A stretch of 64,000 nucleotides of DNA. Source: a virus. A model generated the notes under the pieces. It ran no database searches. It was not told where the DNA came from and was given only the letters and a program-made list of their open reading frames with translations. The position numbers and the translations under genes are program-made. Shown here one piece after another: positions 1 through 8,315 of the stretch. Numbering within the stretch: position 1 is the stretch's first letter; each line of letters begins with the position of its first letter. The stretch spans positions 1 to 64,000 of the IMG/VR virus record IMGVR_UViG_3300022188_000008; one strand, written 5' to 3'.

Positions 1-79
1 CATAAATCTACTACAATAATTCAAATCACTGAGAAGTTTAGAGTGCTTTGTAGTACAATTAAGTGGAAGCCTGTACAAC

Positions 80-436
80 TCAACCATTTTCTCTTCCCTC
101 CAGAATTTGATTAAAGATTATATCAATTAGCTCATAATTTCCTTTTTCTATAGCTTCTACTATTTCCTCATTTAAATCATAGCCATGAGAATCGTAAACT
201 ATGAATATTAGCTTTGTCTGTGCATCGTGATCTAAATCTTCCCACCATTTATATTTAGCTCTTAGATGCCTCCATATTTTTGTAATTTCTCTACTCAGTA
301 ATTCTTCAGCTATATCTCTATCTATTCCTGTTTTTGTTAGATTTAATCCATATCCAATATGTACTTCATATAGTTCTGTTAAATATGGATTTTTATGAAA
401 ATTATAATGTTTCTTTATGATTTCCCTAACATTCAC
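80..436 (-). CDS. T4-type (GH24-like) lysozyme homologue, probably catalytically degenerate
   Basis: N-terminus IIKKHYNFHKNPY...HIGYGLNL follows the phage lysozyme pattern LxxHEGxxxxPY...TIGYGxNL, but HEG is replaced by HYN. Confidence 0.55.
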   Translation of the reverse strand: MNVREIIKKHYNFHKNPYLTELYEVHIGYGLNLTKTGIDRDIAEELLSREITKIWRHLRAKYKWWEDLDHDAQTKLIFIVYDSHGYDLNEEIVEAIEKGNYELIDIIFNQILEGRENG

Positions 437-981
437 TAGTTCAGCCTCCTTTCAGATGTTATCCCTGAAATCATATCTAACATATATTTAAGTGATCTAT
501 CTGTTATTGTTACTTGGTTAATATGTATTCCTGATTTCTTTATTTGTTCTCTCCAAAATTTATCCCTCTTTTTATCTTTAGATGAGTAGTCCAATTCATA
601 ATAGATTTCTTTAATGCCTGCTGATGCTAGTAATTTGAAACACGAATAACAAGGAGAAACTGTGCAATAAATAGAAGCACCCTCTATACTTATTCCCATT
701 TTTGCAGCTTGGGCTACGGCATTAGCCTCTGCATGAACAGCTACGCAATAATCCATTTTGCTGTGTTCTTCAGCTTTCATATATCTTCTCATGCAGAAAG
801 GCTCTTTACCCATTAGTAGGCTTGTACAATGAGTTGCTTTAGGAATAGCTCCATTATAACCAGTAGCTAAGATTCTATTGTTTTTTACTATAACAGCCCC
901 AATTGGACGGGAATTGCATGTTGAACGAGTAGCAACTACTTTTGCTATTAGCATAAAATATTCATGCCAACTTGGTCTCAT
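436..981 (-). CDS. dCMP deaminase
   Basis: RSTC, GYNG, HAEANA and SPCYSC zinc-binding motifs. Confidence 0.93.
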   Translation of the reverse strand: MRPSWHEYFMLIAKVVATRSTCNSRPIGAVIVKNNRILATGYNGAIPKATHCTSLLMGKEPFCMRRYMKAEEHSKMDYCVAVHAEANAVAQAAKMGISIEGASIYCTVSPCYSCFKLLASAGIKEIYYELDYSSKDKKRDKFWREQIKKSGIHINQVTITDRSLKYMLDMISGITSERRLN

Positions 982-1280
982 TGTAATCTCCTGAATTTTA
1001 CAACTTTAGATATCTTCTTTTCCTCTATTACGTGCCTTAAGTTTTTCATGTACAATTTGTCTAAGATGTACTCTATTATTATCCATACCACACACAGTGA
1101 GACGGTTAATATGAAAGATACCGTGAACAATTTTGAGAGGCTGACAGAAAGTATCTCACATACCACGGTAATAGCTTTAGTAATAAAGCAACATCCTGTA
1201 AATGTCATGAAGAAAACAACTATAATTGTGAAAAATGCCATAGTTATCCCTTGAAATCTTTCTATGGTTTTTAAAGACAT
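978..1280 (-). CDS. Hypothetical membrane protein (2 TM segments)
   Basis: GGAGG RBS, two hydrophobic stretches, stop overlaps the next start. Confidence 0.65.
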   Translation of the reverse strand: MSLKTIERFQGITMAFFTIIVVFFMTFTGCCFITKAITVVCEILSVSLSKLFTVSFILTVSLCVVWIIIEYILDKLYMKNLRHVIEEKKISKVVKFRRLQ

Positions 1281-1306
1281 TTAACACACCTCCTACTTAT
1301 TACTAG

Positions 1307-1331
1307 AAAGGCGGGGTTAACCCCGCCTTTT
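1307..1331. terminator. Intrinsic terminator downstream of the Ro-like gene
   Basis: aaaggcgggg-ttaa-ccccgccttt hairpin flanked by A/T runs. Confidence 0.75.
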
Positions 1332-1332
1332 G

Positions 1333-2787
1333 TTAAGGTCTGTTTATCTCATATTTTTTGATGGCTTCTAACATGATCGTATAAGGCGTGAATTCCGAGG
1401 CACTAAATATAGCCTTCAGAATGGAAGTGCTGAAACCAGATACTAATGCTGTATTTTCAACCCTAACTGTTTCAGGAGACCCTGCATAACCAGCAGTGTT
1501 CCAGTAGATTATCTTAGGTCTTTTATACCCAGCTTTATCCCATCTCTTCAATGCTTTGTTTACTTCTGTCTGTACTTCTTTAGGGTTGAAGCATTCCTCG
1601 TCCCAGAAACCCCCTTGTGACAAACCTTCATGAAATTGCATATCTGAAATAATCAATAAACAAGTAGGCATTTGCTCACTAGTGAGATTGAAGAATTTTG
1701 CTGTTTTGAGTATCAAGTCAAGAGCTTTATCAATCCTAGTTCCACCTACTGCACCATCAAATATCTCTCTATTTCTTACTGCTTCTGAAAATTTCATTCC
1801 ATTCCAATCCTTAAAACTACCTTCAGAACAGAATGCAATGAATTTCTTATGGAAAGGATTATCTTCAGGAATCTTGGCAGAACAATATAATGCCATTCCT
1901 ATAGATACATCTACAGCTCTAATAGAGCCAGACACTTGAACACTCATAGAGTATGAAGTATCAGAAATTACGATAATACGCTCTTTGTTACCCTCAAGAT
2001 AATTAGGAAGAGCATCAAATTGGGCATCTGCTATCTCCGTATCTCCACTTCTTACAGTTCTTACACAATCATGGGGGAAAAGCGCAGATGCTTTGATTTC
2101 TACCTTTCCTTTTCTCAAGTCCTCTTTGAATTTCCTGAAGCCTTCCTCATCGTGTTTAGCAAAAGCATTTGTATATCTTGCCATTGCTACAGAAGGCACT
2201 TTAGGATATTCAATCTCTCTCCAGAGGTTAGAACACATTTTATACTCTACAATGTGTTGCTTTCTAATTCTAGAAAGCAATCTTCTCAATCCAGCTTCGT
2301 TAGTATTCAATGCTTTTTGAAGGGGTTTATAATGTCTTTTAGCCCATTTAGCCGCAAGAATATCTTTTTTCTTTATAGCATCTACCCAGAATCTTGCAGC
2401 CTCTTCCTCCAAGTCAGTACCAAATAAAGCCTTCAAATCATCCCATCTTCCATATTCAGGGATTAAATGTAAATTGGCTTCCACCCACTTGTAGTTTGGA
2501 AAATCAAAAGGTAGGCTAGGGTCATAAGTGGCTAACCAATTAATACATTCTCTGAATCCAGATCTATTTCCAGCCCCTCCCCTACAATCTCTCAGCCAGA
2601 AGAGTAGTTTCATGGACAGTTCTTCATCTACTACCCACATTTTCTGAAAGAGAGAAAGAGCTGATTCCTCTGATCCATAAAAAGACTCTCTTTTCTTAAA
2701 AAGAGAACCTGCTTTGGAGAAGAATTCTAAATGATGATTTAAAGAGAAAGGATACTGAGTTCCACCTTCGTGGGTTTTGGAAAACAC
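1333..2787 (-). CDS. Ro60/TROVE-like protein with C-terminal vWA domain (DUF2828-type)
   Basis: LFWLRDCRGGAGNR, IPEYGRWDDL, LAAKWA and YPKVPSVAM motifs; MIDAS-like SDTSYSM; IISDMQF and IIYWN...VSGFS; GTG start with GGAGG RBS. Confidence 0.85.
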   Translation of the reverse strand: MFSKTHEGGTQYPFSLNHHLEFFSKAGSLFKKRESFYGSEESALSLFQKMWVVDEELSMKLLFWLRDCRGGAGNRSGFRECINWLATYDPSLPFDFPNYKWVEANLHLIPEYGRWDDLKALFGTDLEEEAARFWVDAIKKKDILAAKWAKRHYKPLQKALNTNEAGLRRLLSRIRKQHIVEYKMCSNLWREIEYPKVPSVAMARYTNAFAKHDEEGFRKFKEDLRKGKVEIKASALFPHDCVRTVRSGDTEIADAQFDALPNYLEGNKERIIVISDTSYSMSVQVSGSIRAVDVSIGMALYCSAKIPEDNPFHKKFIAFCSEGSFKDWNGMKFSEAVRNREIFDGAVGGTRIDKALDLILKTAKFFNLTSEQMPTCLLIISDMQFHEGLSQGGFWDEECFNPKEVQTEVNKALKRWDKAGYKRPKIIYWNTAGYAGSPETVRVENTALVSGFSTSILKAIFSASEFTPYTIMLEAIKKYEINRP

Positions 2788-2824
2788 GGCGAGACCTCCT
2801 GTTTGTTAAAAAAGGTTGATAAAC

Positions 2825-2891
2825 AGGCTGGGTTGTAAGTCAGATCCAAAGTCTGATGCTATATAAGCGAGAAATTTGCTGTACCCAGCCT
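2825..2891 (-). ncRNA. Array unit 1: stem-UACAGCAAA RNA carrying a tRNA-Gln(UUG)-like anticodon stem-loop
   Basis: aggctgggt/acccagcct closing stem; internal ucaga-CUUUGGA-ucuga at 2840-2856. Confidence 0.7.
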
Positions 2892-2915
2892 TGGCCTTCA
2901 TTTTCATACAAAAAC

Positions 2916-2977
2916 AGGGAGGCATTTTCTGGTTAGCTTATGAGGCTAAGTTGCATATGTTTTGCTGTAGCCTCCCT
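2916..2977 (-). ncRNA. Array unit 2: stem-UACAGCAAA RNA carrying a tRNA-Met/Ile2(CAU)-like anticodon stem-loop
   Basis: agggaggc/gcctccct closing stem; internal uuagc-CUCAUAA-gcuaa at 2933-2949. Confidence 0.7.
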
Positions 2978-2987
2978 TATTGTTAAG

Positions 2988-3054
2988 AGCGGGAAGATGG
3001 AATCGAACCATCCTGTTTTTCGGGTAGAAAAACATCTGCCACCCAGTTCCCGCT
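2988..3054 (-). ncRNA. tRNA-like RNA with canonical acceptor and T arms and a reduced D arm
   Basis: gcgggaa/uucccgc acceptor stem; gaugg-UUCGAUU-ccauc T arm; uguuuuuc/gaaaaaca middle arm; no encoded CCA. Confidence 0.7.
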
Positions 3055-3059
3055 AATAC

Positions 3060-3130
3060 AGACTGGCAAATAAATACAGAAGTCGGACCTGCTAAAATCC
3101 AATTATATATGTTTTTGCTGAAGCCAGTCT
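3060..3130 (-). ncRNA. Array unit 3: stem-UUCAGCAAA RNA
   Basis: agactggc/gccagtct stem; internal hairpin uugga...uccga whose loop contains UUUAG. Confidence 0.65.
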
Positions 3131-3155
3131 TCTTTGTTAATAACTTTTAAATAAC

Positions 3156-3205
3156 AGGTTGGTATCAGAACCCTCGCATGGTATTTTGTTTGCTGCAACC
3201 AACCT
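3156..3205 (-). ncRNA. Array unit 4: stem-UGCAGCAAA RNA (short)
   Basis: aggttggt/accaacct stem; weak internal acc-AUGCGAG-ggu hairpin. Confidence 0.6.
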
Positions 3206-3212
3206 TGATATT

Positions 3213-3308
3213 TGAGTAGGCAAGCGGCTCTGCCAGGAGGTTTAGGATTGGTTAAATAAATATAATAAATAAATTTTCTACCAAGGCAGTTAAGAACTTA
3301 CCTACTCA
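3213..3308 (-). ncRNA. Leader structured RNA (Y-RNA-like long bulged stem)
   Basis: 12-bp ugaguagguaag/cuugccuacuca stem (the U-G pair forms only on the minus strand); internal cugcc/ggcag and uuggu/accaa stems; AU-rich loop. Confidence 0.55.
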
Positions 3309-3322
3309 TTAACTTGAACTAT

Positions 3323-3351
3323 AATATACTATGAATTTAAACTCATGTCAA
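3323..3351 (-). promoter_or_regulatory. sigma70-type promoter driving the RNA array and Ro-like gene
   Basis: TTGACA-17 nt-TATATT, with TAG preceding the -10 as in the other phage promoters. Confidence 0.75.
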
Positions 3352-3643
3352 CATAAAAATCAAAATAACCTGCTTTTTCCACACTAAACTTGATTTTATT
3401 GGTTGTTTCTGTAACTTTTAAACCATATACAGGTACTTGATCTCCTTCTTCGATAGGCTTAAATCTTGGTGAGTAACCTAGGTATATAATGCTATTTTTC
3501 ATGAAATCATGCCTAACGAGAATTGGTATGAACTGCAACCAAATAAATGCCCTTACTAAAGTTTTAAGGGTTTTTTCTGTTTTAAATATTTCTGAAGAAA
3601 AAACCAAGATTCCTCTTCTTCTGCAAAATTCTTCAGGATTCAT
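3329..3643 (-). CDS. Hypothetical protein (likely start MNPEEF, shorter than the track ORF)
   Basis: AAAGG upstream of the internal ATG; this start avoids overlap with the upstream gene. Confidence 0.55.
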   Translation of the reverse strand: MNPEEFCRRRGILVFSSEIFKTEKTLKTLVRAFIWLQFIPILVRHDFMKNSIIYLGYSPRFKPIEEGDQVPVYGLKVTETTNKIKFSVEKAGYFDFYVDMSLNS

Positions 3644-3654
3644 ATTATTACCTT

Positions 3655-4044
3655 TTATGCAGGAGGTATTCTTTCTTTTGGGATATAATTGAAAAATCTT
3701 GATTTGAAAAAAGAATTCACTTTTAATACATTTCTTGCTTGTTCTAATGTCCAAGTCTTAGGGAATGCATCATAGCTTTTTCTTATCTTATCGCTATGAT
3801 GCTTAGTTATATAAGCTCTAATAGTCCTCCCTACAGCTTTATTGATACCTATTCTTTTATCAAAAACATCCAAAGTACTACATATAGCCAAACCTATTGC
3901 TACACATCCATCTTTATATATCTCACATTGGGTTATATTACCAATAATTCTAATGTTTATATGATCTGGGTTGATTTCCTCTAGCTTCTTCTTTAGCTTC
4001 TTATTTATGTATTTGAAATTTTTATCCCTGATTTTAACAAACAT
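3655..4044 (-). CDS. Hypothetical protein, paralogue of 4048-4434
   Basis: Shared motif AICSxLDVFDxxxGxNKAxGR...DxPxxWT. Confidence 0.7.
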   Translation of the reverse strand: MFVKIRDKNFKYINKKLKKKLEEINPDHINIRIIGNITQCEIYKDGCVAIGLAICSTLDVFDKRIGINKAVGRTIRAYITKHHSDKIRKSYDAFPKTWTLEQARNVLKVNSFFKSRFFNYIPKERIPPA

Positions 4045-4047
4045 GAT

Positions 4048-4434
4048 TTAATATCCCATGTACACTTCTTCTTTATCTAATATCAAAGATTTATGACTGA
4101 AAGGATGGTTGATGACATTTATAACCTGTCTAACAGTCCATCCACTGGGGAAATCATAGAAATCCCTTCTAACCTTTTCAGAACATTCGCCCTTTTTATA
4201 TGCTTTTACTGCTCTTCCAGCAGCTTTGTTTTTACCCTCATATTCATCAAAAACATCTAATACGCTGCAAATTGCAGTTCCAACATAAGATTTATTATCT
4301 TTGTAAATAACAAATACTACATATCTTCCATCATAATTTATTCTACAGCGAATTTCATCAGGCTGGATCTTTTTGATTTCTTCTCTCAGATTCTTTCCTA
4401 ATCCTCGGAAACATGCTTTTCCTTTCAATAACAT
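4048..4434 (-). CDS. Hypothetical protein, paralogue of 3655-4044
   Basis: GGAGG RBS; shared motif as above. Confidence 0.7.
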   Translation of the reverse strand: MLLKGKACFRGLGKNLREEIKKIQPDEIRCRINYDGRYVVFVIYKDNKSYVGTAICSVLDVFDEYEGKNKAAGRAVKAYKKGECSEKVRRDFYDFPSGWTVRQVINVINHPFSHKSLILDKEEVYMGY

Positions 4435-4635
4435 TTTTATCCTCCTTGGTTTTCAATAATTGAATATATGTTGCCCAATCTATTTGTGGTTCAGTATTTA
4501 AGTTTATTAGTGGGAATTTCTCTTTTTTGTGAAAAAAAGAAAGGCATAAGAACAAAATAATCAAAATAATAGCAGGCAAAAACTGTTGAAAAATCATTAT
4601 AACCTCCTTTGTTTTAAATCTCTATCTTGATTTTG

Positions 4636-4664
4636 ATAATACTACAAATTTGATATTTTGTCAA
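4636..4664 (-). promoter_or_regulatory. sigma70-type phage promoter
   Basis: TTGACA-17-TATTAT. Confidence 0.7.
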
Positions 4665-4671
4665 CATGTTT

Positions 4672-6579
4672 TTAACTGAGGTAACTCCAACCATTCTCTT
4701 TTTTAACAATAAGTTTATTTTCAAATAATAAATCTTGCGAATGAGAGATTAATTCTATGGAATAATCGTTATTTTTAACTATTTCATTTAGCATATTCCT
4801 GATCTTTTCAGAACCTGCTGAATCAAGGGAAATATCTAATATCTCATCCATCCATAAGATATTATATGATACATCTAATAACTCTTCTACTATATGTTTT
4901 ATTGCGAGGATCTCTGCAAGTATTAGTCTTTGCTGCTCCCCTCCCGATAATTCTTCAAATTTTTTAGCTATACCATCATGTCTCATAACATAAATGGGTA
5001 TTTTTGTTATTTCTCCATCTTGGTTCTTTTCAGGTTGCATAACTACATTGAATGCCTGAAACTCCATTTCATTCAAAAATTTATTAATATGATATTCAAA
5101 TGTATCCATAAATGTTGTAATCAATTCATTAGGCAGTGCTATTCTAAACATTTGTTTGAGGATAGATAAATATTCCAACTTATCCTGTATTTTTTCTATG
5201 CTATTTTGCATTTCTTTTTCTTTATCTTCAGTAATCTTAATTTTGTTATTAAGCTCTTTTATTTCATGAAATAGCTTTTTGATCTCTGTTTTCTTCTCTT
5301 CTAATAGTTCTTTTCTGTCTTTAATCAAATCTAATTCTGTTTTTATTTTGACTTTTAAATAATTATAATCATCAAATTTAACTTTAAGATTAACAATCTC
5401 TGTCTCAGCAGCTTTTAGTTCATTTTCTTTTTGTTGAATAGCATCTTTATCTGAACTTATTATTTTGCATAATTTTTCATATTTTTCATTCATTTCAGCA
5501 GCATTAAGGATGATTTCAGACATTTTATTCTTGAGGTCTTTTAGCATTGTTTTCAGTTTATCTATGTGTTTTATTAATTTTTTAGATTTATGCTCTTTTA
5601 GATTAGTGAAGCATACAGGACATACTCCTTTAGAATATCTGCTGAGGTCTTTTGTTATATTATCTATTTCTTCACGAATATGTTCTAATTTATCTTCCTG
5701 CCTGTTTATCTCAAATTCCAATTTCATTTTATCATGTGTTTGTTCTTTAATATTTTTTTCTAGTTCTGCCATCTCTGCATATAATGCTTTAATTTTATCG
5801 TTATTTATGGCTTGTTTTAGTTTCTTCATTTCTATCTTAACAGCTTCTAATTTGTTATGAAGTTTCTTCTCTTCAGAAGCTAGCTTATCGAAATCAGCTT
5901 TCAATTCATTCTTAAGGATACTTAGCCTATCCTTCTTTCCATTAAGCGATTCTTGAAGCATAAATAGCGTATTAGCTACCACTTTCTTGTCTGTTTTTAA
6001 GGCTTCTGCCTGCTCTTCAAGGTCTTTTATCTCTTCTTTTACCTTGTCATAGCAAAATACCCTGAAGAACTTTATATCCTTGATAAACTCCTCGAAGAAC
6101 ATCTTTCGTTTAGATTCAGTCATTCTGAAGAGAGAAGCTCTTTCTAATTGAAAGATATTACAAAAGTGAAATAGCTTGAAATTTAAACCTAGTAAACTAT
6201 TAAGAAAATCTTGATTGACTTTATGAAAGCTAATATCTACTCCATTTTCAAATATCCTTAATTTGTTATGATATTCATCATGATTTCTATATCTAATGAT
6301 TTTATATGTTTTATTATCTCGTTGAAATTCTACTGATACTTCACAATTTTTCTTTAACTTATCATTCAGAACAGCATCCGCTTGTAGCTTCGGAAAGGTT
6401 TCTCCGTACAGACACCAACAAAAAGCAAGAAGGAGGTTGCTTTTACCACTTCCATTAGAACCCCCCTCATCTAAATTCATTCCAACTATTTGTTTGACAG
6501 TATTATGATTTAGATTAACATCTATGTTTTGCAAGCTCCTGAAATTCTTCGCTGTCAGCTTTGTGAAATTTATTCGCAT
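4672..6579 (-). CDS. SbcC/Rad50-like SMC ATPase (recombination nuclease subunit)
   Basis: Walker A NGSGKS, coiled coil with CPVC zinc hook, LSGGE signature, WMDE Walker B, ISH; likely start MRINF after GGAGG. Confidence 0.9.
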   Translation of the reverse strand: MRINFTKLTAKNFRSLQNIDVNLNHNTVKQIVGMNLDEGGSNGSGKSNLLLAFCWCLYGETFPKLQADAVLNDKLKKNCEVSVEFQRDNKTYKIIRYRNHDEYHNKLRIFENGVDISFHKVNQDFLNSLLGLNFKLFHFCNIFQLERASLFRMTESKRKMFFEEFIKDIKFFRVFCYDKVKEEIKDLEEQAEALKTDKKVVANTLFMLQESLNGKKDRLSILKNELKADFDKLASEEKKLHNKLEAVKIEMKKLKQAINNDKIKALYAEMAELEKNIKEQTHDKMKLEFEINRQEDKLEHIREEIDNITKDLSRYSKGVCPVCFTNLKEHKSKKLIKHIDKLKTMLKDLKNKMSEIILNAAEMNEKYEKLCKIISSDKDAIQQKENELKAAETEIVNLKVKFDDYNYLKVKIKTELDLIKDRKELLEEKKTEIKKLFHEIKELNNKIKITEDKEKEMQNSIEKIQDKLEYLSILKQMFRIALPNELITTFMDTFEYHINKFLNEMEFQAFNVVMQPEKNQDGEITKIPIYVMRHDGIAKKFEELSGGEQQRLILAEILAIKHIVEELLDVSYNILWMDEILDISLDSAGSEKIRNMLNEIVKNNDYSIELISHSQDLLFENKLIVKKENGWSYLS

Positions 6580-7303
6580 TTTTCCTCCAAGATTTAGTTT
6601 GATGAGGTCTGAATTCATCTAATAATGCCACTACAAATGGCAAATCAACTTTATATCTTATTAATTCAAATGGGTGTTCCCTAATAAATTTAGCAATTGC
6701 TATGGGTTTTATAATGTATCTTTGTTTACGTTTATAGCTGTAAAGTAATAATCCATCTTCTAACCATTTTTTTATTCTTTTCCTAGGTGGAAACCCTAAT
6801 ATTTCACGGGTTTCTTCTAAGGAATAATAATCTAATTTATAGCTATAACCATGCTTATTACAATAGTATTGTATTGTTCTCCAAGTTCTATCATAACCTT
6901 TATTTCTAAGCATTTTAGCTATAGTTTTTGCCGATTTAGAACCTGCATATCTCTCAATGATCTCTATCTCTTCAGGGCTTAGTTTCTTATTAGTACGGGT
7001 TGTTCTTTTGGTTACTCCTAATTTAGAAGCCCGCCGAGAAAGAGCAGACCGTCTAAAACCACGTAATAGTGGCTGTTTTTGCAGGTAATCTAGGGCTTGT
7101 GTAGGGTATTTGAAGTTGCAATATGCAAATCTTATGAGGTTATCTTGTTCTTCAGTCCAATTTATTTTAGGAGGGGCTGGCTTGTTTTTTCGATATTCGC
7201 TGGCACATTTTTTACTACAGAATATAGGGTATGCATCTCTTGCTGTTATAGGTACTTCTTTTTTTTCTCCACACTGCTTACAGACTATCCACATCCGACC
7301 CAT
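6515..7303 (-). CDS. Putative DNA-binding protein (N-terminal CxxC...FCSxxC zinc motif, Myb/HTH-like repeats)
   Basis: CKQC...FCSKKC, WTEEQDNLI and LSPEEIEII repeats. Confidence 0.55.
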   Translation of the reverse strand: MGRMWIVCKQCGEKKEVPITARDAYPIFCSKKCASEYRKNKPAPPKINWTEEQDNLIRFAYCNFKYPTQALDYLQKQPLLRGFRRSALSRRASKLGVTKRTTRTNKKLSPEEIEIIERYAGSKSAKTIAKMLRNKGYDRTWRTIQYYCNKHGYSYKLDYYSLEETREILGFPPRKRIKKWLEDGLLLYSYKRKQRYIIKPIAIAKFIREHPFELIRYKVDLPFVVALLDEFRPHQTKSWRKNANKFHKADSEEFQELAKHRC

Positions 7304-8315
7304 ACTCTTGCTCTACCTCTTTTATTATATTCATTCCATACTTATATAACAGCTTTTTATTGAGATAATCAGAATGAAATCCTTTCAATAGCCTGCGGAA
7401 TAGATTAGTCTTAGAGACCTTACTCTTCATAATTTTTTCATGATTTTTTATTACAGCTGTTTTCTCTCTAAATATATAAGTGGAATCAAAACCCTTTAAT
7501 TCAGCTTTTATCTCCTCATTTGAAGCCTTTGTAGATGCAGGAATTGTTAAATATAAGGTATTTATTTCATAATTTTTATGCGGTTTTATAGTATTTATTT
7601 TAGAGATATCCTCTATTTTTTCATATTGAACTTTATGTATATGAAGTGGATATGATTTTATTTTGCCTTCTTTTATTTGTATTATTCTATTTTCCCACTT
7701 TTCTTCCCCTTTCCTTGTAGGATATGGAACTCCAATATTTATGAATGTTTTATCCCCCTTTAATTTAAATTGCTCGGTTTTATGTATATGTCCATTTATT
7801 ATGATATTTGCTGGGAGAATAGCAGGGTTTATAGCTTCTTTATCAAAAGGAGAAGATAATTTGTTAGCTAAATGTGTTATCATAATTTCATAATGTTCGT
7901 TTTCATCAAAATTATGAATATCATAACCATAAGGTAAAAAACGCACATTTTTCATATATACTGAAGGATGAGTGATAACGTGGATATGAATATATCTAAA
8001 AATATCAAGAGGTGTGAAATCATAATTTTTTACCTTAACTCTATCATGGTTTCCACAGAGGATAAAGATATTCTTTATAGTATTCTTTAAAGTTTCAAAA
8101 TTTGTTGTAACTGTATCAAGAACAACAGCATCTATCGTTTCAGAAGTATCAATAATATCCCCTGTAAAAATAACAGTATCTTCATCTAGCTTTATAGCTA
8201 ATTTTGTTAATTTTTCAAAAAGCAATGTAAAGCATCTTAAGAACCTATCCTTAGAGATATGTTCTTCATCATAAATATAATTTCTTTTAGCGTGAAGATC
8301 TCCAACTATTAACAT
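7278..8315 (-). CDS. SbcD/Mre11-like metallophosphoesterase nuclease
   Basis: GDLH, GDIID, GNHD and GHIH motifs; close to the Rad50-like gene. Confidence 0.88.
   Translation of the reverse strand: MLIVGDLHAKRNYIYDEEHISKDRFLRCFTLLFEKLTKLAIKLDEDTVIFTGDIIDTSETIDAVVLDTVTTNFETLKNTIKNIFILCGNHDRVKVKNYDFTPLDIFRYIHIHVITHPSVYMKNVRFLPYGYDIHNFDENEHYEIMITHLANKLSSPFDKEAINPAILPANIIINGHIHKTEQFKLKGDKTFINIGVPYPTRKGEEKWENRIIQIKEGKIKSYPLHIHKVQYEKIEDISKINTIKPHKNYEINTLYLTIPASTKASNEEIKAELKGFDSTYIFREKTAVIKNHEKIMKSKVSKTNLFRRLLKGFHSDYLNKKLLYKYGMNIIKEVEQEYGSDVDSL

Noticed and set aside
2988-3054. Functional tRNA-Gly(ACC)
   Set aside because: Truncated D arm, over-long anticodon stem, pyrimidine at the position equivalent to 37, no CCA; reported as tRNA-like instead
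2825-3205. CRISPR array or simple terminator series
   Set aside because: The repeats are not identical in sequence, only in structure plus CAGCAAA; loops are long, U tails are short or absent, and no cas genes are present
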